A stretch of 63,938 nt of DNA, counting the filler, from Trichomonas gallinae (taxonomy: Eukaryota): the NCBI GenBank assembly GCA_008369845.1. It is 7 parts of 7 records of this genome, joined end to end, with 100 filler letters (N's around TTAATTAATTAA, not from the genome) between each part and the next. Parts side by side here need not be neighbours in the genome. Positions count along the whole stretch, not along the records: positions 10,930 to 35,889 come from MRSU01001632.1; 6 more parts are not named here. One strand, 5' to 3'. This document shows positions 20,765-31,716 of the stretch, one piece after another. Each line of letters begins with the position of its first letter. Positions within the stretch are counted from its first letter, which is position 1. The translations under genes were made by a program, and so were the position numbers. The notes below the pieces were generated by a model that worked only from the letters and a program-made list of their open reading frames with translations, searched no databases and was not told the DNA's origin.

Positions 20765-21865
20765 TGTTATCCCACATATTCTATTATATAATGTTTATAA
20801 ATACTATTATACTATTATCATTGATGAAATTTGTTAAATATATTCAAAAAAATAAAAATATTTAAAATAGATGTGTTCAAGGCATGAACTCAGTTATTCG
20901 CACATTAAAGAATAATTTTATGATATATAAAACGCTTAACTTTAAAATACGAGTAAATATTCGTCTAATTTTAATTTTTAGTACTATAATATAGAGTTTT
21001 AGCTATTACAAATGATTATCAGAGTATCACTAATGCTATATTTTAGCTGTGTATAGATGTTTTGTGTGTTATAATATTGAAACTCTACGGATTGTATAAA
21101 CATGTATATTGCTATGGTTTTATATGTTGTTGATGCGATATAGATTAATTATGTACGTCATAAAGTGTAAAATACCTACCACACTCTTAAAATATTAAAC
21201 TCTGAATCAAAAAATATAAGGATAGACATGTGTTTTCACTTCAAAATATACTACTCAGACACTCATTTACAATCCTGTACCGCAATTAATCTAAAAACTC
21301 GACTAAATCTTGTTATCAATATGATTTGAACAAAAATATCAAATAAATCGAAGAAATAAGTAGATTCTCGCGATATTCACACGATAAGAGTAGTACACTT
21401 AATAGGTAGTACATTTTACAGTTTTTTATTAAATTTTTTTATTGGTAATAAAAATTGTGTGGAAAATTAACGTATTTTATTCAATTTTTAAAAACTTATA
21501 AAAATAAAAAAGAGGTTTTCTAGTGATTTCGTAACGTTCATTTCCTATCAAATAATATATGTGATGCGCTTATTAAGTCAAATTTAACCGGAGACATTTT
21601 TTCCATTTTTCGGACTTTTTATAAAACACTTTGAATCGAAATTTCTATGATAAATCATTTATTTATATTATGGGTATAATAAATCATCAATAAAAATTTT
21701 AATAACATTGGAATTTTGAACCAATTTTAGTATAATTATAAAATATGTATTATAGTGATATTAAAAATAGAAAAATATTTTTACGAGAATCGAAAAATGA
21801 AGAAAATTTTTGTATATATACGTTATATATTGTCTAAAGAAGCTAAATATAGAGAAAAATGAAAA

Positions 21866-21876
21866 TCCCGCCAAAA
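21866..21876. promoter_or_regulatory. E2F-like site TCCCGCCAAAA upstream of the Myb gene
   Basis: Isolated GC-rich word 47 nt upstream of the ATG in very AT-rich DNA; reverse complement TTTTGGCGGGA. Confidence 0.35.
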
Positions 21877-21922
21877 CTAATTTTCATGACTTTACAAAAT
21901 AATATAAAAAAAAACTAAAAGA

Positions 21923-23044
21923 ATGGGTAGGAAATGGGATGATGCTGAGGATCAATTGCTTCGTAAGCTTGTTGCTGTCCACGGTAAGCAATGGAGTCTG
22001 ATAGCGTCAAAGATTCCCAATCGAACAGCATCACAAGTCTCGTCTAGATGGGAAAAATGCATTGATCCAAACTTAACAAAAGGTCCTTTTAGTCCGGAAG
22101 AAGATGCGGCAATCATAGAATACGTCAATAAGAATGGACCTACGAGTTGGCCCCGATTAGCTGAAATTTTACAGGTAAGATCACCAAAACAATGCAGAGA
22201 AAGATGGTTTAATCATTTAGATCCAAGTCTCTCAAAGGAGTCATGGACCAACGAGGAAGACAGAATCATATTCGAGCACTGGCAGCATATGGGACCGAAA
22301 TGGTCAACAATTGCCAAATATCTTCGTCATCGATCAGACAATTCAATCAAAAACAGGTGGAATTCTTCGATATCTAAGCGAATCACTAAAGATGCCAGCG
22401 GCAGATCAATTCTAATCGAAGAGCCCACTAAGAAAAATAAAATCAAGAACCGTCCGAAACCAGCTCTTCAACCATTACCTATCCCACCAGGCCCTACAGC
22501 GAACAGGCTCAACATTGAAGTAACCCAAAATCCAGCAAGGCCGCAAAGCACATACATCCAAATTCCGCAAATGATAGACTACCCAACTTATCCTGCAGCC
22601 ATGCCTCAGGCAATTGCCATCACGCAGCAGCCGCAAGGAGTTCTTCAGATTCCTCAATTTATTAATCAAACTCAGATTGGAAAACCAATTCCAGCACAAA
22701 TGCAGCCATCCATTCAAGCGCAACTCACGCCATCACAAATCCAGCAGTATCAGCAGTACCAACAGATTCAACAGCAACCGCAAATTCCAAAAGCAACATT
22801 GCCACCAATGGCGCCTCCTCCGAGCCAGTTACAGCCCCCAATGCCAACACCAACGCCAACCCTTGGACCTCAGTTGCCTCAAACTCCAGTTACAGAAGGT
22901 TCAATTCCATACGCATTATTCGCTACTACTGGTACTCCCATTCCAGATTTATTCTCACCGACATCGCCATTCGGCATTGGGGGACCTTTTGCTCTGCACT
23001 CACCAGCTGTTCCGAAGCAAAGTGATGCAAATGTTTTCAAATAA
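21923..23044 (+). CDS. Three-repeat Myb transcription factor with P/Q-rich C-terminus
   Basis: Three Trp-spaced repeats: KWDDAED...WSLIA...RW; KGPFSPEED...KQCRERWFNHLDP; WTNEED...KWSTIA...RSDNSIKNRWN. Confidence 0.95.
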   Translation: MGRKWDDAEDQLLRKLVAVHGKQWSLIASKIPNRTASQVSSRWEKCIDPNLTKGPFSPEEDAAIIEYVNKNGPTSWPRLAEILQVRSPKQCRERWFNHLDPSLSKESWTNEEDRIIFEHWQHMGPKWSTIAKYLRHRSDNSIKNRWNSSISKRITKDASGRSILIEEPTKKNKIKNRPKPALQPLPIPPGPTANRLNIEVTQNPARPQSTYIQIPQMIDYPTYPAAMPQAIAITQQPQGVLQIPQFINQTQIGKPIPAQMQPSIQAQLTPSQIQQYQQYQQIQQQPQIPKATLPPMAPPPSQLQPPMPTPTPTLGPQLPQTPVTEGSIPYALFATTGTPIPDLFSPTSPFGIGGPFALHSPAVPKQSDANVFK

Positions 23045-24584
23045 AATGTTTAGTAATCTGTTTTTTGTTGTTAAATCCTCTTCATTTCTTTAATTTTACT
23101 ATTTTTAATCTATAATTTTCCAAAAAATTTATCAGATTATCTCAAAACATTAATTTTAACACATATGTCTTGTTTGCTTGTAATACACATATCTATGTGA
23201 AAATATTTGTAGTGTGACAGTTATTCAATTTCAAGATTTATAGACGCAATTTTGAAAGTTATTGAAAAACTGTGAGTAGCAAAATATATCAATTATAATA
23301 GATGTCTACATATGCTGCAAATTACGATCCACTCAATAAATACTATTGATTCATCTTTTGTATGGTAAACAATCATTTGCTCTCTTTTTCAAATAACCTC
23401 ATTCAAAGAATAACAATTAATTTATGTAAATGGCTTAATAATGACTATAGGCAGCTGATGGAACTAATTTTAATGAAAAATCGATTTTCTATGTTTAAAA
23501 TTTTGAGAGTTTTGAACCACCATTGAACAGAGCTTCGTTACTTAATCGTTAGAATCCACGTCTTGAGTAAAGCATTTTTATTTCATTAAATTGAAATAAT
23601 TTGAATGATCATCATGATTCAACAAAATTTTGACAATTTTGATAATAAAAATAGAAAATTATAGTATATCTATATTTAATCATGAATAAAGATAACTAAC
23701 AACCTATTATATTGATGTTTGAATGAGATATTTTCAAATGAGATTTTTTTTTCTAGGCTTTAATATACTTTTTATAAGTCATATGAGTAGATTAGCTTAT
23801 TATGATGGTTAAATCAAGTTCAATAACAGGTATACAATGATTCTCGATTCTCGATAAAACAAATTTACAAAAAAGTGACCATTATTGCTTATATATTGAT
23901 ACCGATTAAAATATTTGGTCTGAGATTAAAAATATTTACTATTTTGAATGCATTTGAAAATATTTATTTCAAAATTGAGAAAATCGAAAATCTAAATCGA
24001 GCAATATCTACTCTATGATCTATTGTAAGTCTTTTTGTTTTCAAGTGCATTCAATATTAAATGTTCAGACAGTAATATTTTGATAACTAAACAATTTTTG
24101 AATGATATCTTAATCTCACGCTCAATTTTCTCATTTTGTGGTATATTTGGATGTAGATACCTGTTGGAAGCATGAATATCAAATTTTTGATTAAATTCAG
24201 ATAAAAATTACGAAGATTTGTTATGTGAATAAGTTTTATTAAAATTCGATACTTTTAATAGTCTTAGATAACATACCACATGGTGTTGTTTTGCTAAGAT
24301 TTGCATTAGCTTTCAAATTCTTAAATTTTGTGCAATTTCTATTCTTATTCAATTTAATTCTTATTATAACATTCATCAGCCTTTGTAGATGCTTATATTT
24401 ATATCAGATTGTTGATTTAAATTGTCTGTAAAATTCAGAACTTGTTATCAATAATTTCAATGATGATGAGGTGATGGTTTGAAAATAATGGTGCAAAAGC
24501 ACTCGTATTGCGTAGAAGAACGTGTGCTATTAAAAATTTTATATTCAATGTGTTTTCAAAAAATTAATTATTTATTTCGTTGAA

Positions 24585-25019
24585 ATGCTAGAGATGATGT
24601 ACGTGCATGATATAATCAGCACAAGGAAGATGAGAAAGTTCCGCTGCGTGTCACCACAGAACCTGAAGGATCATGACGATGTTGTTCAGAGAATCCAGAA
24701 TATAGGCGTTAAGATGGATTTAGTTACAGCTATAATAGAGAGCAAGTATGGAGGCCGTATTACCATCGAACCACTCCTCAGCTTCGCCATGCTGATGACG
24801 AAAAAGCTCGGTCTCAATTTGGATAGACTTGCAAAAAGAAATAGATCTGCTCTATTATGTTGGTTCGCAGAGAACTGGTCTGCAATCTCACCATACATCA
24901 ATGATATCAATCCATATCGTAACAATTCGGCTAGTGTTAAAATGGAAAATATTACTCCTCCAAATGAGAAGGAATATATTGATCCATCTGACATCAGAAT
25001 GCTTTTGAACTATCATTGA
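24585..25019 (+). CDS. Small basic protein, LDRLAKRNRSALLCWFAENW family (putative nucleic-acid binding)
   Basis: 144-aa ORF with higher GC than its flanks; shares its core motif with the fragment at 10423-10752. Confidence 0.75.
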   Translation: MLEMMYVHDIISTRKMRKFRCVSPQNLKDHDDVVQRIQNIGVKMDLVTAIIESKYGGRITIEPLLSFAMLMTKKLGLNLDRLAKRNRSALLCWFAENWSAISPYINDINPYRNNSASVKMENITPPNEKEYIDPSDIRMLLNYH

Positions 25020-26826
25020 TTGTTTTTTTACCCCTTAAATTTATTTGTAATAAATAACCATGTTTATTAAAATTACCGATAATCGAATATTTAAATATAA
25101 TCCAATATATCATTGATATATTATTCGGTATATGACACATATTGAGCAACGAATGGTCAATAAGTTCAAATTCATCAATCAAATATTGATTTGATTAATT
25201 TTTTTAGAGCTTGAAAAGTCAATGAGATCATATCAGATATATACATCATTATGCACATTTATCACAAATAACATGATCAAATTTACTAGATTTATATTAA
25301 TTTTAATTTTCAAATCAATTTTTTAAAAAATAATAATGTTTTAAACATCTTATATATCGAATTGCTTATAGTGATTGATGTACTATTATGTGGTTCGATG
25401 CAATTGTTTAAAATGGTTTTATTCGCGAGAGATTGTTTTAAAATATTGAAATTAGAAAAAATTAACAACTTAAAATGGTTATACAGATATATATGAATGG
25501 ATTAATATCAATGAAAAGATTTGAGAACAACTTCAATCAGTTGATATCGAATGAAATTTTTCTTAGGATTATTTCACACCTCAGCATTGAATTTAGGGAG
25601 ATTCGTAATCGTTATTTTGGTCATATGGATTATTATGCATGATATGATACAACTAAACAAGGCAAATATTGAAGGCTTTATTGAAAGATTTGTGACCAAA
25701 TTAAAATAATTGTTCCATTATAATTCTTATGATGCAAAGAATCAATGAATATCAATATAAAACGTTTGCGATTGTTTCCCAAAATTGATTTTGAAAAGAA
25801 ATGATTTTTTGATTGTCAATCATATATAAATTAAATTGTATGGCTAAAATAAATATGTATTAAAATGCAAATTGGTATAAATTGAATCATTCACAAATCT
25901 TTTTGTTTTTTGTTTGGAAAATTAATATTTTTCTTCGCTAAATATATCTCACTGTGGTATTCTTAGAAATCTGTTTTATCAAACAAAATAATTTGATGTT
26001 TTGAATAAAAAATAAAGTTTCAATGGATTATTTGTGGGTTTGAATGGTTTTCAAAATAGATATTGGCTTTAAAGATGTAGAGGAATCGTGTCTGAGTGTG
26101 AATTTTGATTTTCACGCACTTGCCATTTACAGACAATTTCAAATTCAATGAAAGATGATAAAAAATGAAGGTTGCGATTGAATAAAACGATAACATATGT
26201 ATCTCGTCAGTGTAAATGTATCTAATACTTCAGCAGTGAATATTTTTGATTGAAAGTTGAAAATCACTACAAATTTCACTGTTGAATGAGTAACTCAGCT
26301 TATGAGTGTTGTTATATTACTACTATATGTCTCATTTATGCGATTAATTTATTGAATATCCACATATTTGAGGGTTCTTCGCAATCAATTGTGTGAGTTT
26401 TTCTGTTAACTTTGGAGACATTTTAATACGAATAAATTTGGATATCTGAGGTCATACGTGCGATGAACAATGATGTTTCAATATACACAATTTCAATTTT
26501 TTGACAAAAAGAACTTTATCACAGTTCGAAAACAGCTTTAAAATCAGCTTGATAATGAGGTAGTTATTATTAACCCATTAAATATACAAAATGATTTGTT
26601 TTTCGTTTCTGAACAAGAACTCTCATGGGTAAATCCGTTGATTGGCATTACATATATATGATGAAGCCCAGTATGGACTTGTAAACCATTATATAACTTA
26701 AAGATAACAGTTTTTTCAATTTAAAAATAAAAAAATTGCCAAAAACTGATATTTAAGTAAATTATCCGTGTTCGAATTATTTCGTGAAACAATAGAATAA
26801 TTCTAAAACAAAATAACTTACCTTAT

Positions 26827-27573
26827 TCATTGAAGAAGCTTTTGCGAATTTTCATATAATTTCTTATGGATGATATCAGTTGGAAGTTTCTTGATTCTGG
26901 AGATTTCTTTAATGACATCCTTGTAAATGTCAGGCATATCTTCGAAGGAAACTTTAGTCTTCGTAAGCCACTCAATCGCATCAAGTCCATCAGTTTCATA
27001 AAGAAGCTGATCAATTGGAGCCAACTCAACTAGCTTCTTAACTTCACGCTCATACTTAATTGCGCATCCAACTGTGAAATAAGCACCAAATTTAACATAA
27101 TCTTCAATAAAATTATCACAAGCGTACCAATGAACGATAAAATCATTCTTATATTTCTTGATAATATCTAGTATTTCCTTTTCCATGCCTTTTGTATGTA
27201 ATATGCATTTTTTGTTGAATTTTTTTGCTTGATTTAATTCAAATATGAATCTATCTCTCTGTATTTCAAATGGAATCTTGCACCATTCACTGTCAAGTCC
27301 AATTTCTCCAACGAAAAATTTTTTTTTGTAATTAACTTTTTTGGAGAACAATTCGTTATAAGGGATTTTACTGTCCCATGGATGGCATCCGATGCTGTAT
27401 GAATAGCTTCCTTTTATCTCCCTTATCATATCGATATCTCTGGTATTTCTGCAATTAACAACCGGATATATCCTAAGATCGATATATTTTTGAAGGTCTT
27501 GAGCACTGTTGATATGAGTGTGAAAGTCATAGAATTTTATTCCTTTGGTTGGAAATTTACAAATGCTTGACAT
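26827..27573 (-). CDS. tatD: TatD-family metal-dependent nuclease
   Basis: DFHTH, GCHPW, VGEIGLD, LHTK, VHW and LLYETDG motifs. First ATG at 27573; the track start is TTG. Confidence 0.9.
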   Translation of the reverse strand: MSSICKFPTKGIKFYDFHTHINSAQDLQKYIDLRIYPVVNCRNTRDIDMIREIKGSYSYSIGCHPWDSKIPYNELFSKKVNYKKKFFVGEIGLDSEWCKIPFEIQRDRFIFELNQAKKFNKKCILHTKGMEKEILDIIKKYKNDFIVHWYACDNFIEDYVKFGAYFTVGCAIKYEREVKKLVELAPIDQLLYETDGLDAIEWLTKTKVSFEDMPDIYKDVIKEISRIKKLPTDIIHKKLYENSQKLLQ

Positions 27574-27580
27574 ATTATGA

Positions 27581-27665
27581 AAAATGTCAAAAAATCTGAC
27601 AATTTTTGACAAATGTTAAAAAATCTGACGGATGATGAAATAAATCTGACAATTTTCTGACAAAT
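27581..27665. repeat. TGACA/TGTCA-rich short repeat cluster upstream of tatD
   Basis: AAATCTGAC three times (two continuing as AATTTT(C)TGACAAAT), plus AAATGT(C/T)AAAAAATCTGAC twice. Confidence 0.6.
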
Positions 27666-27903
27666 CTTTATAAATCAAAATTCATCCATAATCACATAAT
27701 AAATCATCATATTTACATCCTATATAACTGTAATACATCAAAATGGCAATATATATCATTATTCATTTTTTAAAAAATTGACGAAATGTTGAGTTGTGAA
27801 TATCACAACCAGTCGTATTATAGATGATTTATAATTTGAAACAAAGAAGAATTAGAATAACAAAATTTTTTTTAGTTCGAAACTAATAATAATATGTATA
27901 AAA

Positions 27904-28848
27904 TTACTCAGGTTTGACCTTTGCTGGTTCATTAATTTCAGCTTTCTTTGGTCCTTTCTTCGAGAAAATGTCAACAGCAAGAGCTGTGAATACAATAACT
28001 ATGCCGGCCCACTGGAGCTTTGTGAAGTAGTGGCCGAAGATGATGGATGAAATGAGAATTGTAAAGAACTTACGACTTGTTGTTGCGATAGACAAAACAA
28101 GTCCATTAGATATACTAACTAACGTGAACAAGCCAATTTGTGCAATAAGGTTTGTGCCGACAAATGCTGCGATCTGTGGAATGTAACGTGTATTATCTTT
28201 GAGGTAGCCGAAAGATTCGATCACAGCACTTGAGCTGCTGATTAACGTGAAGAAGATGTTGAAGAATTGCATGTAAAACATGGTCATATATGGCAGATTT
28301 GTAGCGTGATTGAGCTGATCTACAATCGGTCCGTAAATTCCTTCGCAAAGTAAAGCACCACCGATAACTGCGTATCCAATTGTGGCGTTGTTAGCGTTAT
28401 TTGAGTTTCCTGTGTATCCGAAGATGATTAAACCAAAGCATAAAGCAAAGACAACGAAAACGCGTCTTCTTGGGACTTTTGTACGGAAAATAAGCATAGA
28501 GCATAGCATAACAGCGATCGGCTTGGCTGACTTGACGACATTGAGTGTAGCATAGTCTGTGTAATGCTTGGCAATGTTAGTTAAGTATGCGGCCAAAAAG
28601 TGTGGGAACGCTGCTTTGAAGTATGGGAGTGGATTCCTCAAAATCTTGACTCTCTGGAATAGTAAAATGATGCCAGCTGTGATGCATCCGAATAAGAAGT
28701 TGAAGAAAAGAAGTGAATTTTTATATTTTGCTGGAAACGGTCCATTTGGATTCTTCTTCGACAAAATCTTCTCATCGAAGTAGAAATGTAGCATAAAACC
28801 GATGTACATGACTGAAAGAGAAACAATAAACTTAACAGTATGATTCAT
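27904..28848 (-). CDS. UAA-family nucleotide-sugar transporter (SLC35B1/HUT1-like)
   Basis: About 9-10 TM segments; KSAKPIAVM and TTSRKFFTILIS signatures; C-terminal KVKPE (KxKxx ER retrieval). First ATG at 28848. Confidence 0.88.
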   Translation of the reverse strand: MNHTVKFIVSLSVMYIGFMLHFYFDEKILSKKNPNGPFPAKYKNSLLFFNFLFGCITAGIILLFQRVKILRNPLPYFKAAFPHFLAAYLTNIAKHYTDYATLNVVKSAKPIAVMLCSMLIFRTKVPRRRVFVVFALCFGLIIFGYTGNSNNANNATIGYAVIGGALLCEGIYGPIVDQLNHATNLPYMTMFYMQFFNIFFTLISSSSAVIESFGYLKDNTRYIPQIAAFVGTNLIAQIGLFTLVSISNGLVLSIATTSRKFFTILISSIIFGHYFTKLQWAGIVIVFTALAVDIFSKKGPKKAEINEPAKVKPE

Positions 28849-29328
28849 TCGGATGATGTCAGAAATATTGACAAATTTTGCAATTTCAATAAAATTTATT
28901 GTCAAATTTCATATTTATTGTCAAATAAGAGTCAAAAATTAGATTTATTTGGCCGCAGCGATGATATTGTCGGAAGAGTCGTCATATCTTGAGTCTATAA
29001 ACATCAAAGTCAATATTATACATACACATCGAATATAACAATTTTAAAACTATATTTTTAATTTCATTTTATAGAAAAATAATAATAAGATGTTTTATTG
29101 AAAATGAAAGCATTGTAATCGAAAGAAATCTATGATTCTGATGTTTTGATCGTCGAAATATATAATATTAAAATTTGGTATGCATAGATTCGATAATTCA
29201 GCAAAAGGTAAATAAGCCATGTATTATATGGTTAACTCGATAGTGGATATAATTTATTTGTAAATTTCATATTTTGAAATTTGATATAACAAACAAAGGC
29301 GATGAATTTTTGTGAGACCTCCAAGTAA

Positions 29329-29625
29329 CTAGTCCCAGTATGACTGTAATATTTCCTTTGGCGCAGGAACAGACTTGATTGGTGCAAGCTGGCGCATCTG
29401 CTGCTGTACAATGGAAGGAAGCCAATCTATAGGTGTTTCTTGCCAATAAGGGACTTCGTGATGATGTGTCGGAGGAGGAATTGGCTGAGAATTCGCCCTT
29501 CGAAAATCATTATATTGTGGCGGATAGTCGTTATATGGGCCACGAGACTGGCTATACATATCTCTGTCCATGTATCCGCCATAAGCCATCGAGCTCTGTC
29601 TAGGAATATAACCTCTCCCGTCCAT
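29329..29625 (-). CDS. Small hypothetical protein (Y/P/Q-rich, 98 aa)
   Basis: GC-richer ORF with an Inr-like GTCACTTTTCATT 8-21 nt upstream of the ATG. Confidence 0.65.
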   Translation of the reverse strand: MDGRGYIPRQSSMAYGGYMDRDMYSQSRGPYNDYPPQYNDFRRANSQPIPPPTHHHEVPYWQETPIDWLPSIVQQQMRQLAPIKSVPAPKEILQSYWD

Positions 29626-30120
29626 AGCTAAATAATGAAAAGTGACAACAACATAATTTCTAAAACTAAAATAACCTTATTTTGTATCTCAACCTCAACA
29701 TTAATTATCTCATGATAGACCTAATTTTTCATTCCCTTTTCGATTATACATATATTTTAGGCTTCAAACTCTATAATTATTGTAGTTTTGACTTTTTCCA
29801 AGTTGAGAGAAAAGATTAAACTCTTTGTATTTAGTCGAGAAAAAAGGCTATTATAAGAATGGTGAGTGAGCTTTTTTCTTCGATATTCGATGATTTGTAA
29901 GTTATAATATGCATACTCGACACAATCCTTTATTTGGTTCATTAGAAATATAACTTGATCGCATTAAATTGAATTAATCAGATGGAAAATTAAAAAAACA
30001 ATTATTTACGTGAATATACATCATGTGATATTCTATAGCATGTGTATGATATGTAGAAGCCACAGGAATGATAGGAAAGAGTAGAAAAAAGAGTTCATAT
30101 GAAAATAAAAGTGACAAACA

Positions 30121-30699
30121 ATGAATCTTAATGCACAGACTCTCAAAGTGACGCTTGCTGGTAATGCAAACGTCGGAAAGACATGCATGATTCATAGGCT
30201 TATTCATTATCAATATATTGAAGGATTTCACCAAACTGTTGGAACTGCGACACACGATTGGTCACCAATTGTCGATAATAACCAGTTAGACATTCAGATT
30301 TACGATACAGCTGGTGCAGAGCGCTATAGATCAATCACTGCGATCTATTTTAGAGATGCAAATGGAGCCGTTATTGGCTTCGATGCATCAGAACCTGTTC
30401 AAATCGAGGACCTTAGATACTACATCTCTAAATTTAAAGAACAAGCGAAAGTAAACGCACCAATCGTTATCGCAGCAAATAAAGCTGATCTCGTTCAAGA
30501 CCGTACGCAACTGAACAACGATATCAATCGCCTTAAGGATGAGTTCGGTTACCCAGTTTTTATCGTCTCTGCTAAAACAGGAGAAGGAATTCAACAAATG
30601 TTCCAATACTTAGCAGAACAAATTCATGAAACTTTCCCAGACAGCATCATGATGGGTGCTGAATTCAAGGAAAACACTGCAAACCCATGTGCTTGCTAA
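30121..30699 (+). CDS. Rab-family small GTPase (divergent)
   Basis: GNANVGKT, YDTAGAERYRSIT..YFRDA, NKAD and SAK motifs; C-terminal CAC prenylation motif. Confidence 0.93.
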   Translation: MNLNAQTLKVTLAGNANVGKTCMIHRLIHYQYIEGFHQTVGTATHDWSPIVDNNQLDIQIYDTAGAERYRSITAIYFRDANGAVIGFDASEPVQIEDLRYYISKFKEQAKVNAPIVIAANKADLVQDRTQLNNDINRLKDEFGYPVFIVSAKTGEGIQQMFQYLAEQIHETFPDSIMMGAEFKENTANPCAC

Positions 30700-30957
30700 T
30701 CATTATCCTTATTTTTTCACTATAAACTTATATATGTTGTTAATGAACTAACTATCCTCTATAGCATAATTTCCACATCATATTTTTTTTGAAAATTTGA
30801 TTTTCAAATTTTGACCTAAAATTATTTCTACTGATGTGAAATAGCCATCAATTAAGATATGTATAATGAATATATTAACTTCTCTTTGTGAAATAGCATA
30901 ATATGAATTTTATAATTAATAAACAATTAACAAAATATACCATTGAAATAATATTTC

Positions 30958-31716
30958 TTAAAGAAGTGGCTCAGCTGGCTGATATCCATTAATCTTGCTC
31001 ATTGCATTCTTATATTCTTGGTAATGTTCGAGCTCTTTTGCATCTTCTTCGTTTATATCTCCTCTAGACATCGCACAGTTGATGTTGAACAGCAAATCCA
31101 TGTCGAATGGATTAATCTTAGAAGGATATAATTCATAATATTCGAAAAATCCTTTATGTAGTGTTTTCATTGCATTGTTGTTGTGTGTAACCATAACTAA
31201 TAATTGAACGGCTATAATAAAAATCTGAATCAATGCATGCAAACTCAAAATCGCTGCTGGAAGTAAAAATATATGGTGAACTATCCAAGAAAGAACTGAT
31301 GCTTTGTTAAATAGCGGCTGAACAGTCAAAAATAAGTTAATTGATTCGATAAAAATTGCCATAACCAAAAATTGGAGGCAAACGAGAATATTTGTAGAAG
31401 CAATGCATGTAGCGAGGTAGTCTGAATGCATGTAAAATCTTAAAGCGCATTTATCGCACTTTTCGCAATGAATTGAACGGGCACCGATTGGATATTCGCA
31501 TTTCGGACATTTCGCATCGAGTCCTAGGATATTTTTGCATGGTAAACAGTTAGTTGTATCGACGAGGAATGTTAACATTAAGAAAACTAATAAAGTGTAA
31601 ACGTAAAACACTATAGGGAACTCAGATCTGAACGATGTGGATATATAGCCATCCTGGAATATCAATGTGAAGTATACAAATATGTGAAAAAGGAGAAATC
31701 GAAGACTCCCCTTCAT
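30958..31716 (-). CDS. DHHC palmitoyltransferase-like membrane protein with degenerate active site
   Basis: 2 TM + CPKC...ARSIHCEKCDKCALRFYMHSDYLATCIASTN + 2 TM + NPFD. The DHHC position reads YMHS. Confidence 0.78.
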   Translation of the reverse strand: MKGSLRFLLFHIFVYFTLIFQDGYISTSFRSEFPIVFYVYTLLVFLMLTFLVDTTNCLPCKNILGLDAKCPKCEYPIGARSIHCEKCDKCALRFYMHSDYLATCIASTNILVCLQFLVMAIFIESINLFLTVQPLFNKASVLSWIVHHIFLLPAAILSLHALIQIFIIAVQLLVMVTHNNNAMKTLHKGFFEYYELYPSKINPFDMDLLFNINCAMSRGDINEEDAKELEHYQEYKNAMSKINGYQPAEPLL

